From Ranitomeya imitator (lineage: Eukaryota): a stretch of DNA of 64,000 bases. Both the position numbers and the translations under genes were made by a program. The notes beneath the pieces were generated by a model. That model worked only from the letters and a program-made list of their open reading frames with translations. It searched no databases and was not told the DNA's origin. Shown here in pieces: positions 61,427 through 64,000 of the stretch. The stretch's first letter is position 1, and every line of letters begins with the position of its first letter. The DNA lies in contig NC_091284.1 in NCBI RefSeq assembly GCF_032444005.1, forward strand, positions 133,548,001 through 133,612,000, written 5' to 3'.

Positions 61427-62853
61427 TAACAAGAAAGCAACATAAGCCACGAGATGTGCAACAAGGTAATGGCCATTTCACTTTGCTTAGCGCTTTGTCT
61501 GGCATTTGACAGCGATCATGCACCCTCTAGTGGATTTCAGAAACTGCACACATAATACAGATAATGTGCACTTGCGCATATGTGAGGTGATGGGGAATAT
61601 ACCGCTGATCATCACCTACCATTAACATTTGCATGTAATTTGCAGCTGTCGTTCTATTTGTTAGTAATGTAGAATTGGAAATATTATTGCCTGCAGTACT
61701 AATCACCACAGGAAGCCACCATTTCCCCTGCAACTGCTTGATTACTCTGGCTTAAACTGGTTTGAGCAGGATATTTATTCTGAGGCGGTGATCCTAGTTC
61801 TGTGAGGAGAAATAAAAAAACAGCGATTCTGTTGGCACAGACTGGTGTTGTGTTAAATGGACTCTGTTCTGCTGGTTTGAACTGCAGTTTGGACAGAACC
61901 AGAACCAGAGCCCCGGGCCAGGGGGCAGTACAAGCAATTGGGAAGAAGTGCCTGACAGGAAGGGGTTGGATCGGTGGCATCTTGAGAAAGCTTGGTGTGA
62001 TCTGGAAGAAGGAGGACTAGCACCATCCGCAGAGCCAAAATTCACAGGATCCGACATTCATGACACACCTGGAGGGCCCTCCAGCAAGTCAGCTGTGGTA
62101 CAACACACTGGTTGGAAACACATCATTCCTTATTCAAACAGCCGTCATCCAGGCAGGCTCATCTCACATGGATGGAGTGGAAGCAAAGTAGGAGAAGAAG
62201 GGGAATTAGCACAAACCAAAAACCTAGCAAGAGTCACAGATAAATCCACCAAACGCCTTCTCCAACAACAACCAATAACAACTGCAGCAAAAGCTATCTG
62301 ACAATGAAGGCTTGCCCGTGCTCAGATTATAAAGGAGATGGGAGTGGCTAACAGTAAACAGCTGAGAGCCATAATGCAGGAAAACTTCCAGGAGCGCTCA
62401 ACTGGGAAGATTAACCCCTGCACTGCTAAAAGACACCTGCACCATTAAATAGGAAGGTGAAGTGCTTTTAATCAGTGCAGGAGCAGGAGAAATCAGATGA
62501 TCCTCTCTTGTTCACGGCTTTGCTGTATCTTGGAGTGTCCACCCCAGTCTATAGCTTACACATAAATGCAACAAGTTGAAATCAAATGCAGATAGGTATT
62601 AACAAAACAAAGCATATGCGTGACGACCGTTAACTGCAAGCGGATTATATAAACAATCTTAGGACCTTGAAATGATTTAATCCTATATTGCAGAGAGCCC
62701 TAGTTGGCAAAATCCATTTGGCCTCTATTTGTAGTAATATTTTTGTTACACACCTGTTCCAAGTATCCCAGGCTTCACTTCATTCACTTAGGTCCGCTGC
62801 TCTCTTTTGTGCTCTATGTCAGGTTTTGAAAGTTGCCCGACATAAGAGAATTA

Positions 62854-64000
62854 TGTGGCACCCCTAGGGGTATTTGCCACAAAAATAGTTACTGACAGTA
62901 AGTACAAATACTAAAATAGCAAGACTGCACTACCACCTCCGGCCAGAAGGGGGAGCTCCAGAGACTCCCCTTGATCCATTCTGGTCTGAGAGAAGAAATG
63001 GCAGTTGGGCCAAGGAGCTGATAGTGAGAGGTCATACAGTTGAATCTCTAACAGCCCTGTGACTGTTACCAGGCCTAAATCACCGGCCTGAGGAGAAGAG
63101 GGATAGAGAAAAAGGACATTGTGAGAACCGGGTAGCATTAATCACTACCCAGAACAGGCGCAAAGACGGATACCGGATCCGTGGCTGTATTCATTACATA
63201 TAATACAGCAACCGGAAAAACGTGAGGTGATATCAGCTTCACTAGGGTCGGACGCAGCAACAGACACAGAGTTCAGCGGTACTCCTGGAGGGGGTAAGCC
63301 GATAAAAGGACTCGGGTTGCCCGTCGAACCAGGACCCGGAGGGGACAGATTGGGCCGGCAGCCAGTTCACATACAGCAGCAGGGCCACACAGATATTGCG
63401 TACAATAAGAGGCGAAGACCCCGGCAGGGTCAAAGTAACTCAGAGTTCTCATACAGACTCCGGTGACAGGACTGGTTGTAAATCCTTTTTTGTTAAAGTA
63501 AACTGGTTAAACGTTTCAGTGCCTCAGTCTTTCATTTGGACAATAGCCATCTATCCAGGATTGGGATCATCACCGCTGGGAGAACCTGCTGCTGATCAAG
63601 TAAGTGCCTGTTCCCTCACGATACCCTTTACACTGTGCATTGCCTGAGGCCACAGCACCGGGTCAAGCCACCCGTGACACCCCCCTCAAGAGACAGACCC
63701 CATTGGTCCGGTGCTGGGTACCCCGGTCTCTTGGGCGTCACAATTGGCGTCACGAACAGGATCTAGCCAGCCCGTATACCGGGTATTGTGTGCCGTGATT
63801 GGAGCCCAAAACTGTGAAAACTTGGATGAAAAATCTTGAAAATTGACTTTATTAAAGAAAAATCCATTCTCCATTGAAAACTATTGAAAGTGACTTTTCC
63901 CCATTGGTTATAATGGAGTAAAGATGGCCGCCATCCCCTGAGGTAATCACTTCATAACCGTTAGGCACGAGACTGTTAATTGAGCTACGCCATCACCTGA
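62854..64000 (+). mobile_element. 5' LTR (62854-63742) and start of the internal region of an LTR retrotransposon continuing past the window
   Basis: TGTGGCACCC...GGGCGTCACA termini followed by PBS TGGCGTCACGAACAGGAT at 63745. Confidence 0.85.

Noticed and set aside
61700-62520. Possible additional solo LTR
   Set aside because: LTR-like composition, but no termini or TSD could be defined

Overview
Eukaryotic, repeat-dense vertebrate DNA, most likely an anuran amphibian (inferred from T2/piggyBac/Harbinger/hAT MITE families, Tc1, chromoviral Gypsy and CR1 content). The only host gene is PHEX on the minus strand: four GT-AG coding exons of 146, 94, 129 and 102 bp (orthologous to human exons 9-12) in long introns. 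The introns are filled with often nested mobile elements: two intact near-identical Tc1 copies plus a frameshifted IR/DR Tc1, two full-length chromodomain Ty3/Gypsy elements, several solo LTRs, a CR1 LINE, a tandem Helitron array, many MITEs and an SRSF9-like retrocopy. Three observations stand out. (1) A young 4.8-kb LTR element (52572-57394) lacks RT and integrase; its single 940-codon ORF fuses a retropepsin-like domain to a captured FXR1/FMR1-family segment (KH0-KH2-NES, KH1 missing). (2) A complete ~3.1-kb ORF1-only L1 (HAL1-like) has a 16-bp TSD. (3) The Gypsy elements have covarying PBS/R complementarity indicating tRNA-independent self-priming. No rRNA, tRNA genes or CRISPR arrays were seen, and most short ORFs in the track are repeat artefacts. 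Family assignments rest on recalled motifs; no database search was run.
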